A stretch of DNA of 54,233 nt, filler included, from Catajapyx aquilonaris (taxonomy: Eukaryota): assembly GCA_000934665.2 (NCBI GenBank). It is 3 parts of 3 records of this genome, joined end to end, with 100 filler letters (N's around TTAATTAATTAA, not from the genome) between each part and the next. Parts side by side here need not be neighbours in the genome. Positions count along the whole stretch, not along the records: positions 1 to 18,018 come from JYFJ02006808.1; 2 more parts are not named here. One strand, given 5' to 3'. Below are positions 1 through 12,607 of the stretch, in pieces. The position numbers and the translations under genes were made by a program. The notes below the pieces were generated by a model. That model did not search any database and was not told the origin of the DNA. It worked only from the letters and a program-made list of their open reading frames with translations. The stretch's first letter is position 1. Each line of letters begins with the position of its first letter.

Positions 1-28
1 ATTAATTTCTTATCAAGGAAACATCCGG

Positions 29-1459
29 TTATAATTTACCATGGTGTCTTCCTCCACCTTCATGTCCAGCTCGACCTGGATTGTCCGTTCCATTTCCTCT
101 TGGGCCTGGAGTGCTGACGTGTCTTTTAACCTTCGCATCACGACGTTTGCGATCGCTTCTTGTGCATCCTTTTTCCCAGCACTTAATGGTCATCTGGAAG
201 ATTCAATGTAAGAGTAGTAACATGAAAGCTACAGTGTAACTTACCTCTGATAGTGCATATTCCCATACGCAGCTTTGTACTTTGTGAGCACCTTTGCAAG
301 CGTCTTCTGGGCCTGGAAAGTGTTACATTATTGTGATAAAATATTGAATTGACACCATCAACTGAGGCTAAACAATGATGGATTACTCGCTCCAGTCGCT
401 CATATGCACTTCAGGATCTACATGCAGGAATGCGCATGCGCGACTGGAATCGGGTAATCCATCATCTTTTACTCCGCCTCCATTGTTCGTACCCTTTGGT
501 GCGCCCTCTTTCAGGCATTTTAAAAAGTCGTCTGGTTGTTCAATGCGACCGCCTTTTTCGGATAGCACTTTTGTTACTCTCTCGACAATTCTTTCCGGGG
601 ATATTGCTCCGGTCGAATTCATCTTGAATTGAGAAAGGTCGTGTTTTTTTTAGGTAGAGTAGTAAATTTCACAAAATCAGTGTGCTGCACTTACCACTCC
701 CATTTTTGTAAGGACGCACTGAGACCAGCACTGAAAAGGTTGAATAGAACATTGCAGTCATACAACAATCGATTTTCACAATAAATTAGACGCAAGAATG
801 CACAAAGCCCGCATTGTCACAGCTGACATTTTGAACAGCAACGAAGTTACACAAATTTTGAACTTGGAAGAACACTTCTTAAATCAAAGTGTATTTGGTA
901 AAATGTAGTATAGCCTATAATGACACTGACAAGTGAGTGGATGTTAAGAGCAGCTAGAAAATAATGTATAAATAATTGTAGGCATTTTTTGCGTGAAATT
1001 TATGAGGACCGTAAGCTGAATTTTGACTGACTTTTTCCAAGTCCATCTCGACCCATTTTTTAATGGCTTCATTTTCACATTTCTCTGAAGGAATCCTGGA
1101 GATAGCTTCATCCCAAAGGCTCATGTCCATGTGTTTTTCATCAGAACACTGCTTCCAGATTGGAATGTGTAAATTAGGCTTATTGTCGCATTTCTGAAAA
1201 AAAGAAGAGTTTAGTGAGTAGATGACATTAATTTATGAATGGTACAAATTTGAATGAACATGTAAATATCAAAACAGACCTCTAACATTTCTTCTCCATT
1301 GTCGCACTGGCACATATCTGAAAAAAATCAAACATTGATCGATGGTATATTATCAGTCACACATTATGTCGGCAGAGGCAGTAGAAAGTGCAAACCTGAG
1401 TCTGCCACTGCTGTTGCAACAACCAGCAGCAAAACCCACACACATCTTGGTAAGGACAT
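29..1459 (-). CDS. OBP-like secreted protein, copy A (divergent, 12 Cys, extended C-terminal tail; ~220 aa, may continue past window start)
   Basis: Exons 1396-1459, 1280-1317, 1032-1193, 695-730, 493-622, 245-312, 29-193; all GT-AG and phase-compatible. Protein: MSLPRCVWVLLLVVATAVADS-DMCQCDNGEEMLEKCDNKPNLHIPIWKQCSDEK...EKCENE...EKCWSQCVLTKMGVMNSTG...FLKCLKEGAPKGPEDACKGAHKVQSCVWEYALSEMTIKCWEKGCTRSDRKRR.... It has a hydrophobic signal peptide and an OBP-type C-x3-C...C-x8-C core, with the same intron positions as copies B-E. Confidence 0.85.
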
Positions 1460-1493
1460 CTTGAACAGAATGCACAGCAGCTATAATTTAGCA

Positions 1494-1500
1494 TTTTATA
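1494..1500 (-). promoter_or_regulatory. TATA box of OBP-like copy A
   Basis: TATAAAA on the minus strand ~35-41 nt upstream of the ATG, at the same position as the TATA boxes of B-E. Confidence 0.55.
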
Positions 1501-3878
1501 TACCTAAAGGCGCTATAGTAGCACAACAGGCGTGACAAAATCCCTTTAAAATTTTAATTAGCACTTTATTTGTTAAGTTTCCGCGGAAGTGAGAATCGCA
1601 GTTTTATTTGTGATCCGTGCAGATAAAGAACGTCCGTCTTTTCAAGGCCAGTTTTTTGCTTTTATGTCTACCCTTGACCGACGGAAATGTCACTTGCTAG
1701 TACTTTTCAGTGAGCAATAATCCATTCATTATACTGTATACCTTTAGTGCTTTGGGAAGAGGAAGTTTTCACATGCCGCATTGTATGGAAGATCACAACA
1801 GGTTGTTACATGCTCGAGATCGTGTGAGAGTTGTGTAAGAGTGTGGTATCCACTATTGCGATCAGAGTTGTGGGAATTCAACATATAAAACATATTACGT
1901 AAAACCTGTCTGACTGAAATGAGGGCCTATTTATTCACTGACTGTGAGTTTTATTTCTCAATAATCCTAGGAAATAATATTTAATGTGGCACAACATTCA
2001 GATTAATACTGTGTTACGGTATATTTATTGAAACTCGAGTCATTGCATGATTGCCACTCTATAGTACACAGGTTTCATTTACATTTGCTCTTTACTTTTC
2101 TTCAGTTATTGAGGACTTGATACCACTACACCACATTACATAAAAGGAATTCGATGATGATAAATATAAAGTTCTATGAAGGTTGGAAGAAGGGGGTCTG
2201 CCTTTATATTTTTACGTACTTTTGTTTCCATCGCCATAGATTAATAATAATCGATCAACTCTTTCTATTACCTCTTCTCAGATTGTCAAATTTGACAGAG
2301 GAACAACCTGAAAAATTGAGTCATTGACATGGAAAAGGTCGTAGGTCCATGGATATTTCCTGTCACTTACGACCTTTCCCATGTAAGAGCTCTTTCCCAT
2401 GTAAACATGTCAATAATTATTGCATTTTAAAGGTGGAGTCAAGGTTGAGCAAGTTGTTGAGATAGGGTTGATCGAGTGAGTTGACCCCCTGGGTGTATAT
2501 ACAACATCTGCACTGTATAGCAGACTTGTATCAAAGTTGGATGAGTGTAAAAAAATTATCAAACAATCTGGCAGTTACAGGGTGAAATAAACTTTTTATT
2601 GCGACGTATACAAGTTTTATTAGGGTACATCACATTATGACATGGGATTTTTTGTGTTGCTTTTTAGATTAAGTGCAAAATAAATTCTGCAATTAACTTG
2701 TGTCGTACATGTTTTCTACGTGTTAGTTGGCAAAATTACATAATATAATATGCCGCTGAACTGTAAGGAAGTGTCAGATGACGCATGTGAAAAGATTGTT
2801 TATCAAAAGTTATTAACGATGGCTCCATTTTTGTTTGCAGCCGTGCAATATAGAAGAGTGAAAAGTACAGGTTCCGAAATTTTCTGGGAAAATGACTCCG
2901 GCATAAAGCCCAATAAATCATAAATATGAGCATAAATCAGCAAGAATTTCCTTCCTTCTCGTAAGTTCAAATCCTTTGACTGCTTCGTGTCAGAAGAAAT
3001 GGTCTGTTTACTTTAAAAAAATGGAGTGCACTGCGTAGCTGATGCACTGCAACCATAATATTGTTATTCTTCAATAGCATAGGGCTCATGAATGTGGTTG
3101 TCACAGTGAAGCTAAAAAGTGGTCAAACAGACATGACAACCTGTTATCAAGAGGCTTTCGATGTGAATAGAAAGGAAACCACACAAAATCACGATTATGT
3201 TCTGAGTCAAATTTAAGGGTCAGCGTGGAATAAGAATAAAGCGGGACATTGTGGTGTGGATCAAGGCTTTTCCAAAATATTTGAGTTTGATGTAAAGAGT
3301 CCAGTGATAAGTCATCAGCTTCCTTATTCCTTCTGCCACATGCCGTGTACGGGTGAAATATTGAACATCACATTATTTATTAAGGATGGGAAGGTAACAA
3401 GTGATGCAGTAACTTCAGCTGAAAAAAATCATATTTGATGGAGCTCTCAATTCTCTCCCAGAAATAAGCTACGAAGAACATGTATTGGGTGGTACTTTCT
3501 AATGCCGGATATCAAGGAAAGGAAGAGGTAATAATTATCGGGTAATATTTACATGCAACTGATAGTTTATAGCATGCTAATTCATTTATTAAGGAATACT
3601 GTACATAATTCCAATCAGTTTGACGATGTCATTTTATGGAGACAGATGGACTGCACGTGATCCTACACTTTTTCTGCAAAATATACGAAATCACTTGTAA
3701 CTTACATGTGATATTTCAGGATTAGGCGAATGTAGATCATTCTTGCTTGAATGTTAGTCATGACTTACTGTTGCACACTGGGATAAAATAAACGCAATTA
3801 GTCGCACTTACATCCTGATCTTCCTCTTTGTCGCCTTCAACATCATCACAGATTTCGCCGGATTTCGCTCTTTCGACG

Positions 3879-5061
3879 TTAATACTTGCAGTTGTCCTCC
3901 ACACATTTTGTAGTGTACTATGGCATTTTGATATTGAAATTATTACAAGAATCATGATCGCTTCAATAACTTATTTAAAACAAGGTCTACCTCTTTGAAT
4001 CCGAATTCCCAGAAACAATCTATCATATCGCTTGAGTCATCACATTTGGTTTCTGGGCCTGTCGAAAGTGTGTAATTAGGTCATGTTGTGTCACTTCACT
4101 ATGCTCATTTGATACCTTTGCCTGCATCTTTCAAGCACTTCTTTATGTCATCAGATGGTAGCGTCAATCCCTTTTGGGCTGACATTTCGGTCACTTTTTT
4201 GAGTAGGGCATCTTGATTCACGGTTTCGTCAGGATTCACCTGATCATTGTAAAAAATCATAAACATTATGATCAATAATATCATTACGTCGCCGCCATTG
4301 TGAATCCATTACTAGGCAGATGTAATTTGAGATATAAAACCAGATCGCAGTAATAACTTTTCATGAAGCATTGATCAAAAAGATAAGTGCTCATGCCATG
4401 CTGTGATAGCGGAGGATTCAAAATGACGGTTCCGGTTATACTAATAATTCTTCTTTTACTTACCCCACCCAACTCTTTTAAGATGCAATAAGCCATGCAC
4501 TGAAATAGAAAAAGGAAACATGTCATTAGAGCGTGCGTCATATTCTGTAATTCACGCCGATCGTTTTCCACTCTTTGTGAAATGATTGTTAACTGTCAGA
4601 AATAACGATGATGTTAAAGTTACTGTAAGAATCAGTTACCTTATTTCTTTCCTCTTTGCCCCAAGATTTCAACTTGTCTTCCATATCAGGGGTGAAACAT
4701 TCGTCCACAGGTTTCCGACTGACATATCCACAGAGGGTCTTCCACAGTTCTGGGTCCACTTTCGTTTCCGTCGCGCACTTTTCCCAAATCGCTTCAGTCT
4801 CAGTCCCGATTCGGCATTTCTATACAAGATAGTAACATTAAGAAGCAAAATGAAGCGGTATATAGAGTAGCCTGCATTAACCAACCTCATCTATTTTATC
4901 CGATTCCCAATTAAGGCATTCACATCCTGTGAGTGTAAAAATAAATTATTGTATCAGTTATTGCATGTTGAATACCATTGTACAGAGTAATTACCTGCAT
5001 CGTCTGCCCAAGCCACTGTCGCCAGCAGCAAGAGCGAGGCACAAATTCCCAGGAGTGTCAT
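3879..5061 (-). CDS. OBP-like secreted protein, copy B (184 aa, intact)
   Basis: Exons 4995-5061, 4886-4926, 4640-4819, 4464-4499, 4116-4239, 3991-4058, 3879-3917. Protein: MTLLGICASLLLLATVAWADDAGCECLNWESDKIDEKCRIGTETEAIWEKCATETKVDPELWKTLCGYVSRKPVDECFTPDMEDKLKSWGKEERNKCMAYCILKELGGVNPDETVNQDALLKKVTEMSAQKGLTLPSDDIKKCLKDAGKGPETKCDDSSDMIDCFWEFGFKEYTTKCVEDNCKY*. Confidence 0.9.
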
Positions 5062-5097
5062 CGCGCTAACTGTTATTCGTCTGGAAAGGTACTCGCG

Positions 5098-5139
5098 TAT
5101 TTATAATTTAGATACATGTCGTAGATCAAGGTAACCTTG
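5098..5139 (-). promoter_or_regulatory. TATA box plus upstream palindrome, copy B
   Basis: TATAAATA at 5098-5105 (minus); CAAGGTAACCTTG at 5127-5139. Confidence 0.6.
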
Positions 5140-6503
5140 TTGAATGGCAGCTCTATGAGTTATCCGTGTCTTGAAGGACTGAAGGCCGTTTTTTGTGTCT
5201 GGAATAGCGTGACCCGTGGACTTGTTCACAGCGGAAATTGCGCGTGACTTCCCAGTACTTGTTATCATATTGTACAGACTCTCTTCCGACTGTTGATTTA
5301 ATGTGTGCGCACAAATCATAAAGTCATAAATTTTGCAGTGATTCAACTATTTGGATGTATCAGTGAGCGCATCAATAATTGTCAAATATACATAAAATAT
5401 ATTTTGCAAATAGATGTGAGGAACTGTCGTGAACTAAGCGTGCCTTTTTGTATGACGAAAGTACCAACATGAAAATTTTGAACCGCGAAAATTTACTTAG
5501 CGCACATTTTATTACATCAGTGATATGGAACTTTGACAACTATTGATAAGATGTAACAAAGTAAGTTGACACAAAGGGACTTTTTAAATGTATGAAAGCG
5601 ACACTACCTTATTCACACCTGCAGTGCTCCATTTCTTCAATCCTACAAATAAAAATCCTAACAATGGTTTGTGTGAGTCAACCCAACCACGCCTATACAG
5701 TTGTACTTTACATACTGTACTGTGTATCGTGTATAAGGATAATATCTCATCACGATTACCTATACGTAATGAGAGGCTCATTTGCAAGAAACCGCCCATT
5801 AATGCAATAAAAGGGAAAAAAAGTTCAAATGTGTTACTTTTTAATAGGAGCGTGTGCATTTGAATAAGGTTTTTTCAAAATTTGCAAGAGCTAAAATATA
5901 TAAAATACGGCCGTCATTTTTATCCCAGAAGTACAGTGCACTAACACAATATTAGGTATTATGTAGCCCTTTTTGATTAATCAAAGGACACCGAACAATT
6001 CCATTTAGACCAATTCTATCAAGAAATTCAAATTTGTCATTTTCCAGGGTCTATTCGTTTTCAGCAAGAATAGTTCATTTATTAAGGGAAACATTTTTAT
6101 TCAGTCAGTTTGAAAATGTCAGTTTAGGGAGACAGCCGGTATGTACTTCGTCCTCTACTTCTTTCTGCAAAAGAGCACAAATTGTAAAAGAAATAAACCC
6201 CTTCCAGGTCCGATCGCATGAAATTAATTCATTTATGTGAAAGTCACCAACATAATGTTTCCCCTTAATATTTGACTTGATATTACCGGGCCTTTAGTTA
6301 CGTCGATAACATTAGTTCGTACTTTTTAATAGGATGCATATATTATTTTAGGTCAGTCAATATTAAATGAAAATAATGTTAAGCATCCTTCCAGATTATG
6401 TTAATACAGATCAGTTTTGAATACATGTTAGTGCACTAACATATTACTGTTGCACCTTTAACTAAAAATAAACGTAATTTGTCATCCTTATACGAACACC
6501 TTT

Positions 6504-7772
6504 TTATCTTCGACGACTGATGATTTCGAGACTTCGATGTCCAAATTTGCAGTTTTCCTCCGAACATTTTGTAACAAACTGTGGGATTTTGAAATTGAAA
6601 ATGCAAGAATCATAATCGATTCATGACCCTTTTTTAAAAACAATGCCTACGGTATACCTTGTCGAATCCGAAGTTCCAGAAGCAATCTATCATATTGGAT
6701 GAGTCCTCACATTTGGTTGCTGGCCCTGTCGAAAATGTGTAATTAGGTCAAGTTGTGTCACTTCAATCTGCTCGTTTGATACCTTTCCCCGCATCTTTCA
6801 AGCACTTCTTTATGTCATCAGATGGAAGTGTCACTCCCTTTTCGGCTGCCATCTCCGTCACTTTTTTGAGCAGTTCAACTTGATTCACGGTTTCGTCATC
6901 ATTCAGCTAAACATTGTAAACTGCCATGAGCATTTGGATCGTAATGATCATTATGTCGCCGCTATTGTAAGTCCATTATTAGCCAGATGTAATTTGAGAT
7001 AAAAGTATATATCGCAGCAAAGCAACGCTTTTCATGAATCATTGACCAATCAAAAAAGGCAAGTGTTATCGTTCACTCTATGATGCGATGGCTGAGGACT
7101 AAAATGACGGTTTCTGATTTCTAATTATCTTACTTACCCCACCTAAGTCTCTTAAAATGCAATGAGCCACGCACTGAAAGAGAAACAGGATTTACATCAA
7201 TACTATAGGATTGCCTAATGTTTTGCAATCGTCATCGTGTTTTTTTTGGGTTTTTTTCCACTCTTTGTGCAATGATTGCTAACTGTCAGAAATAATGATG
7301 ATGTTATGGTTACTGAAAGAAATATGTACCTTTTCTTCTTCCTCTTTACGCATTTTTTTTCAAATTTTCTTTAATCTCAGGGGTGCTGAAACACTCATCC
7401 GCATATTTCCGTCTAGCATATTCGCCCATGAGCTTATGTAGTTCTGGGTCCATGTTCATTTCTTTCGCGCACTTGTCCCAAATCGCTCCAGTCTCAGTGC
7501 CTATACCGCATTTCTACACAAGAGAGTAACAATCATTAAGAATAGGCAAAATGAAGCGAAATAAAGTTAGTAGCCTATATCCACCAACCTCAGCTAGATT
7601 ATCTGTATCCCAATTAAGGCATTCACATTCTGGGTCTGCAAAAATAAATTATTTTTCAGTTACCTCAGGTTGATTACCGGTGTACATACTAAATGGTGCC
7701 CTTACCTTGATGATCTACCCAAGCCAGTGTCGCCAGCAGCAAGAACGAGGCACAAAATCCCAGGAGTGTCAT
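6504..7772 (-). pseudogene. OBP-like copy C with +1 frameshift in exon 3 (pseudogene or homopolymer error)
   Basis: Exons 7706-7772, 7589-7629, 7330-7513, 7138-7173, 6783-6906, 6658-6725, 6504-6578. Exon 3 is 184 nt (not a multiple of 3). A T8 run at 7353-7360 shifts the frame into TAA at 7346-7348. All other exons and splice sites are intact. Confidence 0.8.
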
Positions 7773-7808
7773 CGCGCAATTGTTATTCGGCGGGATGGTA
7801 TACTCACA

Positions 7809-7816
7809 TATTTATA
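7809..7816 (-). promoter_or_regulatory. TATA box, copy C
   Basis: TATAAATA (minus) at the same distance from the ATG as in copy B. Confidence 0.55.
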
Positions 7817-9607
7817 ATTTTTATATGCGTCGTAGACGAAGATGACCTTTTTGAAATGGAAAAAGCGATGTTATCCATGAAGATATGAATGCAGATTTTT
7901 TTTTGTTCCTGTAGAGAGTCATGGGTCAGCCCATATGCCCCATCTCTAATCTCTTCTCCGAATGTTATATTAAAACCTTGTGTGCGCAGAATCTTTTAAG
8001 TGTTATAAATACACAGCAGGTTTACAGTAATTGAAGTGTTTCTATTTACAAAATTATATTTTTCCTGCGGACAAAAATTTAACTTCTGTGACCCAAAAGT
8101 ATATTTTTTGTGTCTGCCTATTGCTACGTTAAACCAGAAGTTACCAAGAGTTTTAAGGTTGTCTTCAGAAGTGCATCACAAGATAATGTCACACTTGCCA
8201 ATGTAACAAGTCTTATGGTGTACCCCAGCCTGTTAACCCAACCTATCCCTAACCTATAACCTATACACCCATCTCATCATCCTGAAATCGACGATTGTCG
8301 TAAGGTGGAGTCTCCATTAGTATCTTTGTAACCAGTGGAAGTGGGGCTATACCTGACTTCAGTATAGTAGGCCCCATCATACGAACTGTTCGGGGAACGT
8401 CTATGTCTAGTAGGATGTCGAGTAGGACCGAGACTTACTCGGTCCTGATACTGCTAAGAGACTACGTCCGTGTCATCTTGGGAAGGGACCTTTTATTATA
8501 TTTTCAGGACAACACTATAGCAATTGACTTCATCCAACTGGGAGGCTGACTTCCTCGGCAGGTTATCACCAAGGGGCTGATCGACAAATATGGATATGAT
8601 CCTGATGAAAATGCTGCTTGGTGGGCCAGAGTTGAGTTCCTCTTGTTGAGACACAGAACCCCTTCCCAGATCTAAAGTTAATAATGGTGGCTCAGTTTTT
8701 GTCTGCAGCCGCTCAATGTAGAAGAGTGAAATATGCAGGTTCAGGAATTTTATGGGGAAATGTCTTCAGCATGAAGTCCTATTCATAAAATACGTTGCAA
8801 AAATTTTTGCATACAGAAAATAATAGGAAAGAATAAATTTTTCTCCTCGTAAGAGTTCAGTTGCAAATCGTGTGACTGCTTCGTGTCAGAAGTAATTGTT
8901 TGTTTGATAAAAATTTGGAGTGCACACCACATTTTTATTAAGGATGGGAAGGAAGGAGTGACTTCCGCTGAAAAAAAATCGTTTTTTTTTGACGGAGCCC
9001 TCAATTATTATTCTCTCCCGGAAGTACACAGTGGACCAGAACAAGTATTGCGTGGTACTTTCTGGTCACATCACGGAATGCTGGACAATTCCACGTCGAG
9101 GAAATGAAAGATTCAATATTCACCTGCAGTTGCTAGTTTTTAGCATGATAATTTCATTTATTAAGGAATACATAATTCCAGTCAGTTTGACGATGCCATA
9201 TTACGGACACAGCTGATTGGATTGTACATCGCCTTGTATTTTTCTGCAAAATGAAGCACTTTGTAAAATAAATACTATATGAATAACTATCATATATGCC
9301 CGATTGGACTGTATAAATTGAATTTATGTTCAATTCACCAATATTATTTTTCCCTTAAAATTTATAGCCTACAGTATAATCGGGACCTTAGTTACGCTGA
9401 CAGAATTAGCTTGGCATTTTAAATATTAGTAAATATTAAGTCAAATGCCGGTATATGAAATTACTTGTGCATGTGATAAATTAGGCGAATGTGTAGAACA
9501 GTCTTGCATACCTGCTTTACGATAAAATAAACGCAATTAGTCGCACTTACATCCTGATCTTCCTCTTTGACGACTTCAACATCTTCACTGATTTCGCGCT
9601 TTCGAGG

Positions 9608-10835
9608 TTAATACTTGCAGTTGTCCGCCACACATTTTGGTAGGTACTGTGGTATTATGATATTGCAATATATTACAAAAATCACGACAGCTATATTAAT
9701 ATATTTAAATAAATCATACCTCTTTGAATGCCAGGTCCCAGAAGCAATCTATCATATGGGTTGAGTCCTCACAATTTGTTTCTGGCCCTGTCGAAAATGT
9801 GTAATTAGCTCACGTTGTGTCATTTCACTCTGATTGTTTTATACCTTTGCCTGCATCTTTCAAGCACTTCTTTATGTCATCAGATGGTAGTGTCACTCCC
9901 TTTGCTGCTGCCATCTCGGTCACTTTCGTGAGTAGTCCATCTTGATTCACGGTTTTGTCAGCATTCAACTGATCATTGTAAAGTAGTCATACACATTAGG
10001 ATCAAAATTATCATTAGTCCTATGTCGCCGTCATTGTGAGTCCATTGCTATACCCAGATGATAACGTAAGATACCGTATAAAAGAAGACGGCAGGAACAC
10101 TTTTCATGAAGGTTCGACCAATTTAACAAAAAGACAAGTGCCCATGCCATGTCGTGATATCTCAGGACTCAAAATGACGGTTCCTGTTATACTATTCGTG
10201 TTTTACTTACCCCACCCAACTCTTGTAAGATGCAATAAGCTACGCACTGTGGGAGAGAGAAAAAGGAAACTAGTCATTGGAGAGTGCATAACATTTTGTA
10301 TTTCCCACCAGCTCGTTTTCAACTCTTTGTGCAAGGATTATTGCTAATTGTCAGAAAAAATAATGATGTTAAAGTAACTGAAAGAAGCAGGTACCCTGTC
10401 TATTTCCTCTTTACGCATTTTTTCAATATTTGTTTCCATCTCAGAGGTGAAACACCCATCCGCAGATTTCCGTCTAGCATATTCACCCATCAGCTTATGT
10501 AGTTCCGGGTCCATGTTCATTTCTTTCGCGCACTTGTCCCAAATCGCTGCAGTCTCAGTGCCTATACCGCATTTCTACACAAGACAGTACATTAAGAATA
10601 AACAAAATGAAGCGGAATGAAGTAACCTATATTATCCACTAACCTCATCTATTTTATCCGATTCCCAATTAAGGCATACACATCCTGTGAGTGTAAAAAT
10701 AAATTATTTTATCAGTTACTGCATGTTGAATACCGTTGTACAGATTAATATATTGAGCCTGTCCTTACCTGCATCGTCTGCCCAAGCCACTGTCGCCAGC
10801 AGCAAGAGCGAGGCACAAATTCCCAGGAGTGTCAT
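9608..10835 (-). CDS. OBP-like secreted protein, copy D (184 aa, intact)
   Basis: Exons 10769-10835, 10644-10684, 10395-10574, 10211-10246, 9845-9968, 9720-9787, 9608-9646. Cys spacing C-x-C-x11-C-x12-C-x25-C-x19-C-x3-C-x41-C-x11-C-x8-C-x12-C-x4-C; ends YLPKCVADNCKY*. Confidence 0.9.
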
Positions 10836-10870
10836 CGAGCTAACTATTATTCTTCCGGAAGGTACTCGCG

Positions 10871-10911
10871 TATATATAATAAGATACATGTCGTAGATCA
10901 AGGTGACCTTG
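10871..10911 (-). promoter_or_regulatory. TATA box plus upstream palindrome, copy D
   Basis: TATATATA at 10871-10878; CAAGGTGACCTTG at 10899-10911. Confidence 0.6.
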
Positions 10912-12164
10912 TTGACCGGCAGCTCTCTGAATTATCCGTGTCGTGAAGGCCACTTTTTGTACGCCCGTAGTGAGCGTGTACGTGGACTTGTTCACAGCGG
11001 AAATTGCGCGTGACTTCACAGTACCTCTATTATCATATGCATACAGACTCTCTTCAGAATGTTACTCTAAAAGATTTGTGGGCGCACAAATGAAGAAGTG
11101 TCATAAAGTTTGCAGTAATTCAACTATTTGGATGTATCTGTGAGCTCTTCGTAATTATTGCAAAAATATGCAGTAGATTTCAAATATATATTTGAGAATA
11201 GATGTGAGGAACTGTTGCGAAGTAAGCGTGACTTTTTGTGTGACGAAAGCATGAATATGAAAATTTTGAATCGCGAAAATTTCTCTAGCGCACATTTTAT
11301 TATACCAGTGCAGTGATATGGATCTTTGACAACTATTCATAAGATGTAGCAAATTAGGTTGACACAAAGGCCTTTTACAATTTTATTTCCTGTAATGCTG
11401 GACAACTACTGTATGAAAGCGACACTACCTTATTCACACCTAAGGTTCCGCATTGCTTCAATCCTACATAGCATAAGCATACAAATCCGCACAATGGTTT
11501 GCGTGAGTCAACCCAACCACGCCTATGAAGTTGTACTCCACATGAGTAATGCAGCATACTGTATTGCACATTGCAATTACATAAGATAGTGTGGAGATGA
11601 ATTATTGGAGCGTGTTTTGCGGATACAGTTGACAAGTTTTCAAATGGACCACGGCTTAGACACTGATAACTAACTTGCTTTGGTCCCGCCAAATACAGAA
11701 TAAAATAAACAAAACTAAGGTTCTGGAGTTTTCTGGTAAAAATAATTACAGTGTATAAAGTAAAACTGACAGAATTTAACTTTTTAGCATTAATCGTCGC
11801 ATAAATGGACCAAAATGTCTTTCAGACTCATTCAAAAAGGTCCAGAGTACCGGTACTATACGTACGTATATCCAAAGATGACTAAAGGTCCGTGAGCGTA
11901 CTATGTACTTAGCAATGAGGTCAAGCACTTCACGGATTATTACCATTGTTATCATTTATTTCCTTCATTCTGTCATTGTGTTTAAATAAAGTCGCAAAAT
12001 TTAATTATGAAATTTTTCGATAGTAATCTGACATTACCGTTTCTACTGATTAATAATGCATAAAAATCTGACTCATGCCCTGATTATATATACAAAGATT
12101 TCGTGATATTTTCGCCCGTACGGATTTTTGGTCACAAGGTGTGATGTGGTACAAAGTAATTATT

Positions 12165-12498
12165 TTTAAAAAATCGAGGTAGTGCTTGACCTCATACCCA
12201 GATGTGTTGCACGGACCTTTATTACAAACAACTGGAACCTTTTAACGAATCGCCCGGGTCCAAGGGCAGGGTGACTGTGATTGCTGGGTGATGCAATGTA
12301 CAAGTGCAATGTCTAACTTGACACATGTTGTGAACTCCCCCGGCTGGCTTAGTCTTTCGGAAATACCACCCGAGACGAAGACAGAGACGACCCAACTCTG
12401 CACGAGATGAAGGAGGAAGCACGGGCTGGGATTGAACCCGGGCCCTTAACATCCGTGGACGCGTACGTTACCGCAGCGCCACTCCATCTCCACTGGGC
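12165..12498 (-). mobile_element. tRNA-derived SINE with 14-bp TSD
   Basis: Minus-strand A box TGGCGCTGCGG and B box GGTTCAATCCC. TSD ACAAAGTAATTATT at 12151-12164 and 12499-12512. Empty paralogous site at 17380-17393. Confidence 0.85.
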
Positions 12499-12607
12499 AC
12501 AAAGTAATTATTGCACATTACAAATTTTCTAGGTCATGTACGTACACAATGGCTCATGTCGCCGGTGACCGAATACTTTGGCACCAGTGCAAGAAGTGCC
12601 TAACTTG

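Noticed and set aside
40..190. Alternative acidic helical frame of copy A last exon (QEAIANVVMRRLKDTSALQAQEEMER...)
   Set aside because: Begins with a stop directly after the acceptor and lacks the two conserved cysteines.
383..492. C-terminal part of ORF 383..622 as a stand-alone protein
   Set aside because: Read-through into an intron; the donor at 492 matches paralogue structure and restores the conserved cysteines.
4571..4592. Possible extra micro-exon between exons 3 and 4 of the OBP-like genes
   Set aside because: Acceptor is mutated in D, donor is absent in E, and it is not needed to keep the frame.
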